A stretch of 64,000 bases of DNA, from contig CAZYUH010000001.1 in NCBI GenBank assembly GCA_964650645.1, forward strand, positions 15,373-79,372, read 5' to 3'. Position 1 is the first letter of the stretch. Each line of letters begins with the position of its first letter. Made by a program: the position numbers and the translations under genes. This DNA is from an uncultured Candidatus Saccharibacteria bacterium. GTDB taxonomy: Bacteria > Patescibacteriota > Minisyncoccia > Phycocordibacterales > SBAW01. Shown in pieces: positions 47,496-58,317 of this stretch. The notes below the pieces were generated by a model, which saw nothing but the letters and a program-made list of their open reading frames with translations, had not been told where the DNA came from and made no database searches.

Positions 47496-48386
47496 TTAGG
47501 GCTTAAGTAAAGCCTTAATGCGGTCCTCTATGGGCGGATGGGTCATGAAGAGCTTGCTGAGGCCCGACATGGCCGCCTTGGGGCCGAAGGGGTTTGAAAT
47601 GTAGAGGTGCGCGGTGGCGTTGTTGGCGCGCCGCATAGGCTGGCTATAGCCGCCTATTTTCTGCAGGGCGCTTGCCAGGCCCTCGGGGTAGCGGGTCAAA
47701 AGGGCGCCCGAGGCGTCAGCCAGGAACTCGCGCTTGCGCGATATGGCGAGCTGGATGAGCGTCGCGACTATGGGCGAAAGTATGATGAACGCCACCGCCA
47801 CCAGCATGAGTACGGGGTTCTTGTTCTCGCGGTCGCGACCTCCCCCGCCGAAGAGGCTCGCGCGCAGGAAGAAGTCCGAGACGAGCGTCACGAAGCCCAC
47901 CAGCACCACGGCGACGGTCGACACCAGCATGTCGCGGTTGCCGATGTGGCTTAATTCGTGCGCCAGCACGCCCTCAAGCTCGGCGCGGTCCATCATGCCC
48001 AAAAGGCCCGTGGTAACCGCCACGGCCGCATGCTCCTTATTGCGCCCGGTAGCGAAGGCATTGGGCGCCGGGTCTTCAATGACGTACACTTTCGGCTTGG
48101 GCAGGCCGGCCGTAATGGCGAGATTCTCGATAATGTTATTGAGGTCGGGGTACTCCGACTCGCTCGCGGGCCGGGCCCCGGACATGGCAATGACCACCTT
48201 ATCGGAATTCCAGTAGGCGAATATGTTGGTCGCGACGGAGAATATGACCGCGAAGAAGAGGATGCCCGGATTGTCAAAGTAGTACGAGACGCCCCAGCCG
48301 ATAGCGACGACCACGGCGAAGAAGACCGACATGAGCACCCACGTCTTAGCGATGTTCGATTCCTGGTGCGTATAGAGCGTTGCCAT
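47496..48386 (-). CDS. htpX: zinc metalloprotease HtpX (M48)
   Basis: 296 aa. Four TM helices, HELSHIGNRD (HExxH), downstream Glu motif. Confidence 0.85.
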   Translation of the reverse strand: MATLYTHQESNIAKTWVLMSVFFAVVVAIGWGVSYYFDNPGILFFAVIFSVATNIFAYWNSDKVVIAMSGARPASESEYPDLNNIIENLAITAGLPKPKVYVIEDPAPNAFATGRNKEHAAVAVTTGLLGMMDRAELEGVLAHELSHIGNRDMLVSTVAVVLVGFVTLVSDFFLRASLFGGGGRDRENKNPVLMLVAVAFIILSPIVATLIQLAISRKREFLADASGALLTRYPEGLASALQKIGGYSQPMRRANNATAHLYISNPFGPKAAMSGLSKLFMTHPPIEDRIKALLKP

Positions 48387-48404
48387 GAGGATTTAAGAAT
48401 ACCG

Positions 48405-48445
48405 TTTTTATGCAAAAACAAAAGGGCGGCCTTGGCAGGCCGCCC
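48405..48445 (-). terminator. intrinsic terminator downstream of the MazG-like gene
   Basis: Minus strand GGGCGGCCtgccaaGGCCGCCC followed by TTTTGTTTTTGC. Confidence 0.55.
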
Positions 48446-48453
48446 GTTTCTGC

Positions 48454-48781
48454 TCACACATGGTCAACGCGCTCAAGGAAAACGCGCTCGCTGAACCCTC
48501 CCATCTCAGCGCGCCTCCTTTCCTGGAAGGTCCTGACCTCGGCCATGGAAAGGCAGTGGGCCTCAAGGAAGGCGTCGAACGCCTCAAGCACGTCGGCGGC
48601 TTCGCTGATTATTTCGCCGCAATCCCTCGCGCCGGCGAGCTCCCCCGCTTCTTCGGCGACCTTCTGCGTGTAGCCTCCGCGAACTCGGCATCGCCGAGGA
48701 CGCGGGTTACGGGCACCTCGCCGTTGGCCCGTATCTTGCCTGGAATACCGTCGCGTACCAGCTTAGGCACGAAAGCCATAC
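48454..48781 (-). pseudogene. MazG-like nucleoside triphosphate pyrophosphohydrolase, interrupted by a -1 frameshift near 48660
   Basis: Frame A reads MAFVPKLVRDGIPGKIRANGEVPVTRVLGDAEFAEA, then stops after about 20 junk codons. A frame 1 nt out continues YTQKVAEEAGELAGARDCGEIISEAADVLEAFDAFLEAH...ERVDHV to the stop at 48454. Together they form a typical MazG-like protein of about 108 aa. Confidence 0.5.
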
Positions 48782-48817
48782 CTGCCTCCTGTGGGGTTTA
48801 TCCAAAAGCACTCTACG

Positions 48818-49327
48818 CTAGGTGCCGGGCTTCTTCAACCGCTCCTCTACCATCCCAATCTCGTGGTCGATGCCCTGTATCAGCTCGTACGCATGCACCT
48901 CGTCGGCCCTTACCCAGGCGAACTCCGTCGCGTCGGCGTCCAGGACGACATCCCCGCTCTCGTACTTGCAGAAAAAGCTCAGCACTATCGCCGGCACGCC
49001 GTCGGGGCGGATGAACGTGAGATCCAAAAGGTACCGCACGTCGCTTACTTCCAGGCCCACCTCCTCGCGTATCTCGCGCCTGAGCGTGTTCTCGACCGCG
49101 CCGTACCACTGCGGGCTCTCGGAGTTGGCGTACGTCGCCTCGCCGTCCATGTAGTCGCGAGTCTCCAGCCCGCCGCCGGGCACGGTCCACTTATTGGGCC
49201 AGGCCTTCTTGGTGGGCGCGCGCTTGGTAATGAGGTAGCGCAGGGAGCCGTCCCCGTCCTTCTTCCAGACGATGCCGGTGATCGCTATGCGGTGGAGGTC
49301 CGTATGGACGGGCATTGGCGCCGCCAT
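48818..49327 (-). CDS. NUDIX hydrolase
   Basis: 169 aa. GGGLETRDYMDGEATYANSESPQWYGAVENTLRREIREEVGL Nudix box. Confidence 0.75.
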   Translation of the reverse strand: MAAPMPVHTDLHRIAITGIVWKKDGDGSLRYLITKRAPTKKAWPNKWTVPGGGLETRDYMDGEATYANSESPQWYGAVENTLRREIREEVGLEVSDVRYLLDLTFIRPDGVPAIVLSFFCKYESGDVVLDADATEFAWVRADEVHAYELIQGIDHEIGMVEERLKKPGT

Positions 49328-49330
49328 ACG

Positions 49331-49894
49331 CTAGGCGAAGGAAACCTTGACCGGCTCTTTCGCGGCGGCATCGGCCTCGCTAAGCTCGAAGAACTCGCGC
49401 GGCTCGAAGCGGAACATGCCGGCGATGACGTTGCCCGGAAAGGACTCGATGGACGTGTTGAGGTCGCGCACGTTGGTGTTGTAGAAGCGGCGCGCGGCCT
49501 GGATCTTGTTCTCGGTGTCCGAGAGCTCGCGCTGGAGCTCGATGAAGCTGGCGTTCGCCTTGAGGTCCGGATACGCCTCGGAGACCGCGAAGAGCGACTT
49601 GAGCGTATCGGAGAGCATGTTCTCCGCGCGGCCGCGGTCCTCGATGGAGTTCGCATCCATCGCGGCGGCGCGCGCGGCGGTCACCTTCTCGAGCGTGCCG
49701 GCCTCGTGCGTCGCGTAGCCCTTGACCGTCTCGACGAGGTTCGGGATGAGATCGTAGCGGCGCTTGAGCTGGACGTCGATGTCGGCCCACGCCTCCTTGG
49801 CGCGCTGAACGAGCCGCACGAAGCGGTTGTACGCGGCAATGGCCCAGATTACGAGTAGTACGGCGAGCCCCAGCACTATGTAGCCTGTATACAT
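49331..49894 (-). CDS. LemA family protein
   Basis: 187 aa from MYTGYIV. N-terminal TM helix, LemA pattern (AAYNRFV..Q....AW.DIDVQLKRR.DLIPNLVETVKGYA.HE...L..V..AR). Confidence 0.8.
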   Translation of the reverse strand: MYTGYIVLGLAVLLVIWAIAAYNRFVRLVQRAKEAWADIDVQLKRRYDLIPNLVETVKGYATHEAGTLEKVTAARAAAMDANSIEDRGRAENMLSDTLKSLFAVSEAYPDLKANASFIELQRELSDTENKIQAARRFYNTNVRDLNTSIESFPGNVIAGMFRFEPREFFELSEADAAAKEPVKVSFA

Positions 49895-49952
49895 GCGCTC
49901 ATTGTAGCAGGTCTGGCAGGATTGCAAGGGCCGTCCGCGCCCGCGCGGGCGC

Positions 49953-49995
49953 GGCAAAAAAGCGGCCCGGGACTCGTCCCGGGCCGCTTTTGCTT
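49953..49995. terminator. bidirectional terminator downstream of groEL
   Basis: AAAAAAGCGGCCCGGGActcGTCCCGGGCCGCTTTTGC. Confidence 0.65.
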
Positions 49996-50006
49996 CGGTT
50001 TTTTAG

Positions 50007-51671
<1,665 letters not shown>

Positions 51672-51688
51672 TCAGTAAGGATGCGGGA

Positions 51689-52072
51689 TTAAAATACGAA
51701 CGTGATGCTGTCCTCGCGGATGAGGTAGTACTCGGTGCCGTTTATCTTCACCTCGTCGTAGCCGTACTTGGAGAACATGATGCGGTCGCCCTCCTTGACG
51801 CCCACCGGCACGAGCTCGTTATCGTTCCCGCGCTTGCCGGGGCCCACGGCCACGACCACACCCTGCTCGGGCTTTTCCTTCGCCTGGTCGGGAATGATGA
51901 GGCCGAACGAGGTCTTCTCTTCGGCGGCCTGCGGCTTAACGAGCACGCGGTCGCCGTAGGGTGTGCCGAGCGCGCTCCTTACGGGGGCCGGCGCGGCGGC
52001 CTTGCGTGCGGGGTTCGATGCTTTCTTCTGAGCCTTTGCGGCGGGCTTCTTCGCCTTTTTAGCTTTCTTCAT
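51689..52072 (-). CDS. groES: co-chaperonin GroES with a Lys/Ala-rich N-terminal extension
   Basis: Cpn10 core (PYGDRVLVKP...GLIIPD.A.EKP..G.VVAVG.G...) preceded by about 35 aa MKKAKKAKKPAAKAQKKASNPARKAAAPAP. Confidence 0.85.
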   Translation of the reverse strand: MKKAKKAKKPAAKAQKKASNPARKAAAPAPVRSALGTPYGDRVLVKPQAAEEKTSFGLIIPDQAKEKPEQGVVVAVGPGKRGNDNELVPVGVKEGDRIMFSKYGYDEVKINGTEYYLIREDSITFVF

Positions 52073-52111
52073 ACAGGACATATAGTAGACGAAACGGCGC
52101 GTTTGGTGCAC

Positions 52112-52140
52112 TTGACACTATATATATTTGGGTGTATAAT
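52112..52140 (+). promoter_or_regulatory. consensus sigma-70 promoter (TTGACA-17-TATAAT), second copy
   Basis: TTGACA 52112-52117, 17-nt spacer, TATAAT 52135-52140. Core tttgggtgtataattaaaaaag identical to 12751-12772. Confidence 0.6.
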
Positions 52141-52188
52141 TAAAAAAGGACTGCACCGCCGGATTTTCGGCATAAAAAAGAGGCCCTC

Positions 52189-52521
52189 ATGCGGTATCCG
52201 TTCTTAGTTGCGATTGCGCTCGTTTTTGTTCCGGCCGCCGCTTTCGCGGCGGTCATGCCCGACCGCACCATTTCGGACAAGCGACCGGACGTGATGCCGC
52301 GCGTCCCCAAGCTCACGCCGGAAAAGCGGCGCGTGGAACCGCCGCCGCTTGAAGACGCCCTGAGCGGCAGAGGCGCGCCGAGCGCGAAGCCCGACCCGGC
52401 GGATGCCGCGCGCGCCTGCGCCGCGATTGCAGGCCGGCACCCGTGGACGCTTTCGAGCACGCTGTCTTCAAAAGGGTTCGTTCTTGAATGCAGCGTACGC
52501 CTTGAAAAGCCGGACAAATAG
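52189..52521 (+). CDS. small secreted protein (hypothetical)
   Basis: 110 aa. Signal peptide MRYPFLVAIALVFVPAAAFAA. GAGG ribosome-binding site. Confidence 0.45.
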   Translation: MRYPFLVAIALVFVPAAAFAAVMPDRTISDKRPDVMPRVPKLTPEKRRVEPPPLEDALSGRGAPSAKPDPADAARACAAIAGRHPWTLSSTLSSKGFVLECSVRLEKPDK

Positions 52522-52625
52522 CGCCGCGCCCGCCTATGCAGGCCCCGCCGCCGCCCCTTGAAGGGGCGGCGGCTTTTCCTTTGGGCCCGTTGCGGGGCTT
52601 TTTTTATGTGGTACTATGCGTACCA

Positions 52626-52853
52626 ATGACTCTCGCAGGGATACTTCCCTATATCCAGCTGGTGCTGTCGGTGCTGCTCATTGCCAGCATCCTCCTCCAG
52701 CAGACGGGCGCCAGCCTCGGCGGCGCTTTCGGCGGCGACAACTTCTCCGCGGCGTACCACACCCGCCGCGGCAGCGAGCTGTTCCTCTACTGGGCGAGCA
52801 TAGTCATCGGGGTCCTGTTCGCAGGAACCTCGCTCCTCATCCTCGCACTCTAA
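52626..52853 (+). CDS. secG: preprotein translocase subunit SecG
   Basis: 75 aa. Two TM helices flanking LLQQTGASLGGAFGG. Confidence 0.7.
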   Translation: MTLAGILPYIQLVLSVLLIASILLQQTGASLGGAFGGDNFSAAYHTRRGSELFLYWASIVIGVLFAGTSLLILAL

Positions 52854-52859
52854 ACTACC

Positions 52860-54587
52860 GTGAACTTTCCCAGGCTCCGCCTGCCGCTTCTCGATAAAGC
52901 GCAGCATACGCTCGATTCCTTCACCGCCTCGGGCCGGGCGCTCTTCCTCTTCTTCGCGGCGCTGTGCGCGGCCTCGACCATCGGCCTCGTGTACGTCCTC
53001 AACGCCTCGCTGCTCGTCGCGGCGCCCGCGCGCGGCGGCTCGCTTACGGAAGGCCTCCTGGGCAGCCCGCGCTTCATAAACCCCGTCCTGGCGCTCTCAG
53101 ACGCCGACCGCGACCTCACCGCGCTCGCCTACTCGGGCCTCCTGCGCGCGACGCCCGACGGCGGCTACGAGCCCGACCTCGCGAGCGGCTACACCGTCTC
53201 GGACGACGGGCGCGTCTACACTTTCACCATGCGCGACGGCGCCACCTTCCACGACGGCACGCCCGTCACGGCCGAGGACGTCGCCTACACCGTGCAGAAG
53301 ATACAGGACCCAGCGCTCAAGTCGCCCCTGCGCGCCAATTGGGACGGCGTCATCGCCGAAGCCCCCGACGCGCGTACGGTGCGCTTCACGCTCAAGGCGC
53401 CCTACGCCCCGTTCATAAAGAACCTCACGCTGGGCATCCTGCCGCACGCGCTGTGGGGCGGCGCGTCCGACGAGGAGTTCTCGTTCAGCGAGCTCAATTC
53501 CTCGCCCGTGGGCTCGGGCCCCTACCGCGTGGAAAAGGTCACCCGCACCGCCTCGGGCATCCCCTCGTCCTACCAGCTCAAGCCCTTCGCGGGCTACGCT
53601 TTGGGACAGCCGTACCTCTCGCTCACCCTGCGCTTCTACCAGAACGAGGACGACCTGGTGCAGGCGCTCAAGGAGGGCGACATAGACGCGGCGAGCGGCC
53701 TCTCTCCCGAGAAGCTCGCCGGGCTCAAGGGCGCCGACATCGCCACGGCCCCCGTCAACCGCGTGTTCGGCGTCTTCTTCAACCAGAACCAGTCCGAGCT
53801 CCTGCGCCAGAAGCCCGTGCGGGAGGCGCTCGACGCGGCCATAGACCGCGAGGACCTCGTCAGCAAGGTCCTGGGCGGCTACGGCACGCCGCTGTCGGGC
53901 CCCGTGCCGCCGTCCGCCCTGCCGCAGGCGGAAGGGTCGAGCACGCCCAAGGGCCTGGAGGCCGCGCGCGAGATGCTGGCGCAGGACGGCTGGGAAATGG
54001 GCGAGAACGGCGTACTAATGAAGGAAGGCTCGGGCCCCGGCGCCGAGGCACAGGCGCTCTCGTTCGATTTGGCGACCGCCAACGTGCCCGAGCTGCGCGC
54101 GGCGGCGCAATACCTGCATGACGAGTGGGCGAAACTCGGCGTGCAGGCCAACGTGAAGGTGTTCGAGGCGGGCGACCTCTCGCAGAACGTCATACGCCCG
54201 CGCCACTACGACGCGCTCCTCTTCGGCGAGGTCATCGGCCGCGAGCTCGACCTGTTCGCCTTCTGGCACTCGAGCCAGCGCAACGACCCGGGCCTCAACG
54301 TGGCGGGCTACGCGAACGCCGACGCCGACCGCGCCCTGGAAGAGCTGCGCCAGACGTCCGAGCCCGCCCGCCGGGCCGCGCTGTACAGGGAGTTCTCCGA
54401 CGAGCTCGCCGCAGACGTCCCCGCCGTATTTCTCTACGCGCCGGATTTCGTGTATAGTATCCCTAACGACATTCAGGGACTCGACCTAGGCCTTATAGAA
54501 ACGCCGAGCGACCGCTTTTCGAGCGTCACTCAGTGGCATCGCGAAGTGGACTATGTCTGGCCGTTGTTCGCAGCCCGCAGGAAATAA
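52860..54587 (+). CDS. ABC transporter substrate-binding protein, family 5 (peptide/nickel type)
   Basis: 575 aa. SBP_bac_5-like organisation. Confidence 0.65.
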   Translation: MNFPRLRLPLLDKAQHTLDSFTASGRALFLFFAALCAASTIGLVYVLNASLLVAAPARGGSLTEGLLGSPRFINPVLALSDADRDLTALAYSGLLRATPDGGYEPDLASGYTVSDDGRVYTFTMRDGATFHDGTPVTAEDVAYTVQKIQDPALKSPLRANWDGVIAEAPDARTVRFTLKAPYAPFIKNLTLGILPHALWGGASDEEFSFSELNSSPVGSGPYRVEKVTRTASGIPSSYQLKPFAGYALGQPYLSLTLRFYQNEDDLVQALKEGDIDAASGLSPEKLAGLKGADIATAPVNRVFGVFFNQNQSELLRQKPVREALDAAIDREDLVSKVLGGYGTPLSGPVPPSALPQAEGSSTPKGLEAAREMLAQDGWEMGENGVLMKEGSGPGAEAQALSFDLATANVPELRAAAQYLHDEWAKLGVQANVKVFEAGDLSQNVIRPRHYDALLFGEVIGRELDLFAFWHSSQRNDPGLNVAGYANADADRALEELRQTSEPARRAALYREFSDELAADVPAVFLYAPDFVYSIPNDIQGLDLGLIETPSDRFSSVTQWHREVDYVWPLFAARRK

Positions 54588-54665
54588 CCGAGGAGCGCGT
54601 CCGGCCGGGAGCACCCCTATTTGCTCGAACCGTTTAAACAATAGCGATAACTTAGCTTAACAAGC

Positions 54666-56603
54666 ATGGAAGAAAAGAAACACGCGGGCTCTGCCCGCCA
54701 GGCGCGCTCCGGGCAGCCGCAAGGAGGCAGCAGCCGGTCCGCGCGCGGATCCCAGGGCGCGGCGCGCGGCGCGGGAAACGGGCGCGGGCGCGGCGGCTCC
54801 AACCGCTCGGGCGGAAGCCGCGGGCGCGGGCGCCTGCGCCAGGGCGGCCCCAAGCCGCACCAGCCGCACCCCGTGCGCCCCGAGCTGGTCCAGACCAGCA
54901 GCGGCGACGAGAAGCCCATTCCGCCGCTCGCCCCCGGCAACATCCGCATCATCCCGCTGGGCGGCGTCGAGGAGATCGGCCGCAACATGACCATGGTCGA
55001 GTTCGGCGACGATATCGTCATCATCGACTGCGGCTTCCAGTTCCGCGAGGACGACACGCCGGGCATCGACTACATCCTGCCCAACACCAAGTACCTCGAG
55101 GAGCGCCGGGACAAGATCCGCGGCATGTTCATCACGCACGGCCACCTCGACCACATCGGCGGCATTCCCTACATAATCGACCGCATCGGCTACCCGCCGG
55201 TCTACACCCGCGAGCTCACGTCCGTCATGATCCGCAAGCGCCAGGAGGAGTTCCCCAACCTCAAGCCCCTCACCATCCACGAGGTCGAGAAGGACGACAC
55301 CATCAGGGTCGGCGGCATCCGCGTGCGCTTCTTCTCCGTGTACCACACCATCCCCGACTCCATGGGCATCGTCATCGAGACGCCCTACGGCGACCTCGTA
55401 TTCACCGGCGACCTCAGGCTCGACCACGTGGACGGCGTGCCGACCGAGCAGGAGGAGAAGGAATTCTCGTGGTTCGCGGACCGCAAGGTGCTCTTTTTGG
55501 CCGCGGACTCGACCAACGTCGAGCGCCCCGGCTTCTCCCTCCCCGAGCGCGTCGTCCGCAAGAACCTCGACGAGATCATCGCCACGACCCCGGGCCGCCT
55601 CATCATCGGCACGTTCTCCTCGCAGCTCGAGCGCCTCATGCGCATGATCGAGCAGGCCGAGCGCGTCGGGCGCAAGATCCTCATCGAGGGACGCTCAATG
55701 AAGGTCAACATCGAGATAGTGAAGCACCTCGGCCTCCTGAAGGTGGACGAGAAGACCTTCATAGACGCCGCCCAGCTCGAGCACATTCCCGACAGCAAGG
55801 TGGCGGTGCTTGCCACGGGCGCGCAGGGCGACGAGTTCGCCGCGCTCATGCGCATCGCCATGAAGACGCACAAGAACGTCAAGATCAAGAAGGGCGACAC
55901 CATCGTGCTCTCCTCCTCCGTCGTCCCGGGCAACGAGCGCTCAGTGCAGAAGCTCAAGGACAACCTCTCGCGCCAGGGCGCCAAGATAATCCACCGCGAC
56001 ACCATGGACGTGCACGCCTCCGGCCACGCCAACCGCGACGAGACCTTCTGGATCCACCAGAAGATAAACCCCAAGTTCTTCATGCCCCTGCACGGCTACC
56101 ACTACATGCTGCGCGTGCACGCCGACATCGCCAAGGCCCGCGGCCTCCAGGACGACGAGATAGTGATCCCCGACAACGGCTCGATAATCGAGATACAGGA
56201 CGAGGGCAGCAAGATCGTGCGCCTCAAGGAATCGGCTCCCAATTCCCTGCGCCTCGTGGACGGCTTCGCCATCGGCGACATCCAGGAGGTGGTCATCCGC
56301 GACCGCACGGTGCTGGCGCAGGAGGGCATGTTCGTCATCATCGCGACCGTCAACCCCAAGACCGGCAAGCTGCGCAAGAGCCCCGACATCATTTCCCGCG
56401 GCTTCGTGTACCTGCGCGAAAACCAGGACCTCCTCAACCAGGCGCGCATCCTCGTCAAGAAGTCCATTGAGGACGCGGCGAAGGGCCAGCAGCCGGTCAA
56501 CTTCGATTTCGTGAAGAACCAGGTGACCGACAGCCTCGCGCGCTTCCTCTTCGAGAAGACCAACAAGCGCCCCATCGTCATCCCGGTAGTGCTCGGCGTC
56601 TAG
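54666..56603 (+). CDS. rnj: ribonuclease J with RGG-rich N-terminal extension
   Basis: 645 aa. Residues 1-85 are low-complexity Arg/Gly/Ser-rich. The remainder has the metallo-beta-lactamase HGHLDHIGG, beta-CASP and C-terminal RNase J domains. Confidence 0.85.
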   Translation: MEEKKHAGSARQARSGQPQGGSSRSARGSQGAARGAGNGRGRGGSNRSGGSRGRGRLRQGGPKPHQPHPVRPELVQTSSGDEKPIPPLAPGNIRIIPLGGVEEIGRNMTMVEFGDDIVIIDCGFQFREDDTPGIDYILPNTKYLEERRDKIRGMFITHGHLDHIGGIPYIIDRIGYPPVYTRELTSVMIRKRQEEFPNLKPLTIHEVEKDDTIRVGGIRVRFFSVYHTIPDSMGIVIETPYGDLVFTGDLRLDHVDGVPTEQEEKEFSWFADRKVLFLAADSTNVERPGFSLPERVVRKNLDEIIATTPGRLIIGTFSSQLERLMRMIEQAERVGRKILIEGRSMKVNIEIVKHLGLLKVDEKTFIDAAQLEHIPDSKVAVLATGAQGDEFAALMRIAMKTHKNVKIKKGDTIVLSSSVVPGNERSVQKLKDNLSRQGAKIIHRDTMDVHASGHANRDETFWIHQKINPKFFMPLHGYHYMLRVHADIAKARGLQDDEIVIPDNGSIIEIQDEGSKIVRLKESAPNSLRLVDGFAIGDIQEVVIRDRTVLAQEGMFVIIATVNPKTGKLRKSPDIISRGFVYLRENQDLLNQARILVKKSIEDAAKGQQPVNFDFVKNQVTDSLARFLFEKTNKRPIVIPVVLGV

Positions 56604-56675
56604 CCGCGCCTTGCGGCAAAGCGCCCCTTGCTGTAGGGTAATGCCGGACAATCGGCCAGCAAAGGAGCAGACCAT

Positions 56676-56954
56676 ATGGCCAGGAAGGCTAAGAAGGCCA
56701 AGCGCGCGTTCAGTCAAGAGCACCGCGCCGCGCTGAAGAAGGCCGCGTTGCGGCGCGGCAGGAAAAGCAAGGCGGCCGCGGCGGAAAGCCCCGGCGCGCG
56801 CAAGAAGCCAAAAATCGTCCGCTCCCACGAAGGGATCCGCATACTGGTGCGCCAGGGCGGCGGCAAGGACATCGTGCAGGGCAATGCCGAGGAGATCATA
56901 CGGGCAGTGCGGGCGGTCAAAGAGATGTGCAGAACGTTCGGAGGGCGCAAATGA
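56676..56954 (+). CDS. small basic protein (hypothetical)
   Basis: 92 aa; Lys/Arg/Ala-rich N-terminal half. Confidence 0.3.
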   Translation: MARKAKKAKRAFSQEHRAALKKAALRRGRKSKAAAAESPGARKKPKIVRSHEGIRILVRQGGGKDIVQGNAEEIIRAVRAVKEMCRTFGGRK

Positions 56955-57173
56955 GCGGCGTTGGCACGGCGGTTCTCATAATCGCGTTCTGGGCGGGCTC
57001 CGGCGTGAGCACCCAGCAGGTCCCCTTCAAGAACCACAAGGCATGCGAGCGGGAGAAGAACTCCAGGCTGGACGAGCTGTCCCGTGAGTTCGTGGAGAAG
57101 AGCAGCAGCGGGCAGATGGTCGTCAGCGGAACCTGCTTCGACCTTAGATGAGGGGGCGGGACGAGCAAGCGGG

Positions 57174-57199
57174 GGCGCGGCGCATGCCGCGCCCTTTTT
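57174..57199. terminator. bidirectional terminator
   Basis: GGCGCGGCgcatGCCGCGCC followed by CTTTTTC. Confidence 0.6.
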
Positions 57200-57903
57200 C
57201 ATTTCGAATCGAGCGCCTTCGCTATCTCCTTCTCGCTTGCCCCGCGCGCCAGAAGCTCGCGGAGCTTTTTTGCGCGCTTCTGCCTGGCGCTCCCCTCGAA
57301 TGCGCTCTGCTTCTTGTAGTGCGCGCTCTTCTGGTTGAGCCGCACGCCCTGGCGCTTGAGGTGGCTTCCGTAATCCATGAGCGCCGCGTAGAACTCGCGC
57401 GGCTCCATCTTCGACTCCTTAAGCGCCCGCCCGACCAGCGGCAGGAGCTCGCGGTCATCTATTCCGGTCTTTTGCAAAGCACCGGAATAGATATGGTGGA
57501 AGAACACGGTGCGGATGTTTGTTTCTATGAACACGACGGGCTCGTTGTAGGCGAACGCGCGCACGGCCGCGGCGGTGTAGGGCCCCACGCCCGGCAGCTT
57601 CCCTTCCCATCCGTCTTTTGAAATGATCTTCGCGGCCTCCCACAGGTACTTGCCGCGGCGGTTGTAGCCCAGGCCCTGCCAGGCCTTCAAGACGCGCGAG
57701 AGCGGCGCCATGGCAAGCACGCGCGCTGAAGGAAACTGCCGCATCCACCGCTCGTAGTACGGGATGACGCGCTCGACCTGCGTCTGCTGGAGCATCACCT
57801 CGCTCACTAAAATTTTGTACGGGTCATGCGTGGCGCGCCACGGAAGGTGCGCGCGGGCGCCCGTCTTATAGAATTTCTTAAGCTCGCGCAGGAGTTCCGG
57901 CAC
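57199..57903 (-). CDS. HhH-GPD DNA glycosylase (MutY/Nth-like N-terminal domain, no Fe-S cysteine cluster)
   Basis: About 234 aa. LPWR..HDPYKILVSEVMLQQTQV..V...Y..W...FP, HhH-GPD region LPGVGPYTAAAV. Proposed GTG start at 57903 because the RRM gene terminator (57915-57946) lies inside the longer ATG-initiated ORF. No CxxxxxxCxxCxxxxxC motif. Confidence 0.55.
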   Translation of the reverse strand: MPELLRELKKFYKTGARAHLPWRATHDPYKILVSEVMLQQTQVERVIPYYERWMRQFPSARVLAMAPLSRVLKAWQGLGYNRRGKYLWEAAKIISKDGWEGKLPGVGPYTAAAVRAFAYNEPVVFIETNIRTVFFHHIYSGALQKTGIDDRELLPLVGRALKESKMEPREFYAALMDYGSHLKRQGVRLNQKSAHYKKQSAFEGSARQKRAKKLRELLARGASEKEIAKALDSK

Positions 57904-57914
57904 CCGCGCATGAT

Positions 57915-57946
57915 ACCAAAAATCCCCGGCCTTTTGGGCCGGGGAT
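57915..57946 (-). terminator. intrinsic terminator after the RRM gene
   Basis: Minus strand ATCCCCGGCCcaaaaGGCCGGGGAT followed by TTTTTGG. Confidence 0.6.
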
Positions 57947-57961
57947 CCTTGCTGACCTGAC

Positions 57962-58213
57962 TTACGCCTTGGGGCGTGCGTCGGAAACCGTGAGCATGCG
58001 ACCGCCGAAGTCCTTGCCATTCCACATGTCGATGGCCTTGTCCGCGTCCGGGTCGTTGGCCATCTCCACGAAGCCGAAGCCCCGGGAGCGGCCGGTCTCG
58101 CGATCGGTCACGATGGATGCGGATGCGACCTCGCCCGCCTGGGCGAACGCATCGCGCAACTCATCACCTGTCGTGCGGTACGGAAGACCGCCGACAAAGA
58201 GTTTGCGTGCCAT
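57962..58213 (-). CDS. RRM-type RNA-binding protein
   Basis: 83 aa. RNP-2 LFVGGL and RNP-1 RGFGFVEM. Confidence 0.8.
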   Translation of the reverse strand: MARKLFVGGLPYRTTGDELRDAFAQAGEVASASIVTDRETGRSRGFGFVEMANDPDADKAIDMWNGKDFGGRMLTVSDARPKA

Positions 58214-58317
58214 GATTCTACGAAAACAACTTTTTGCTAATTGTCCTTCGTAAGGCGACCCTCCTGCCGCCGAACTGGCACATGGAGAAACTTACTACGA
58301 ACGCCTTTACTGTAGCA

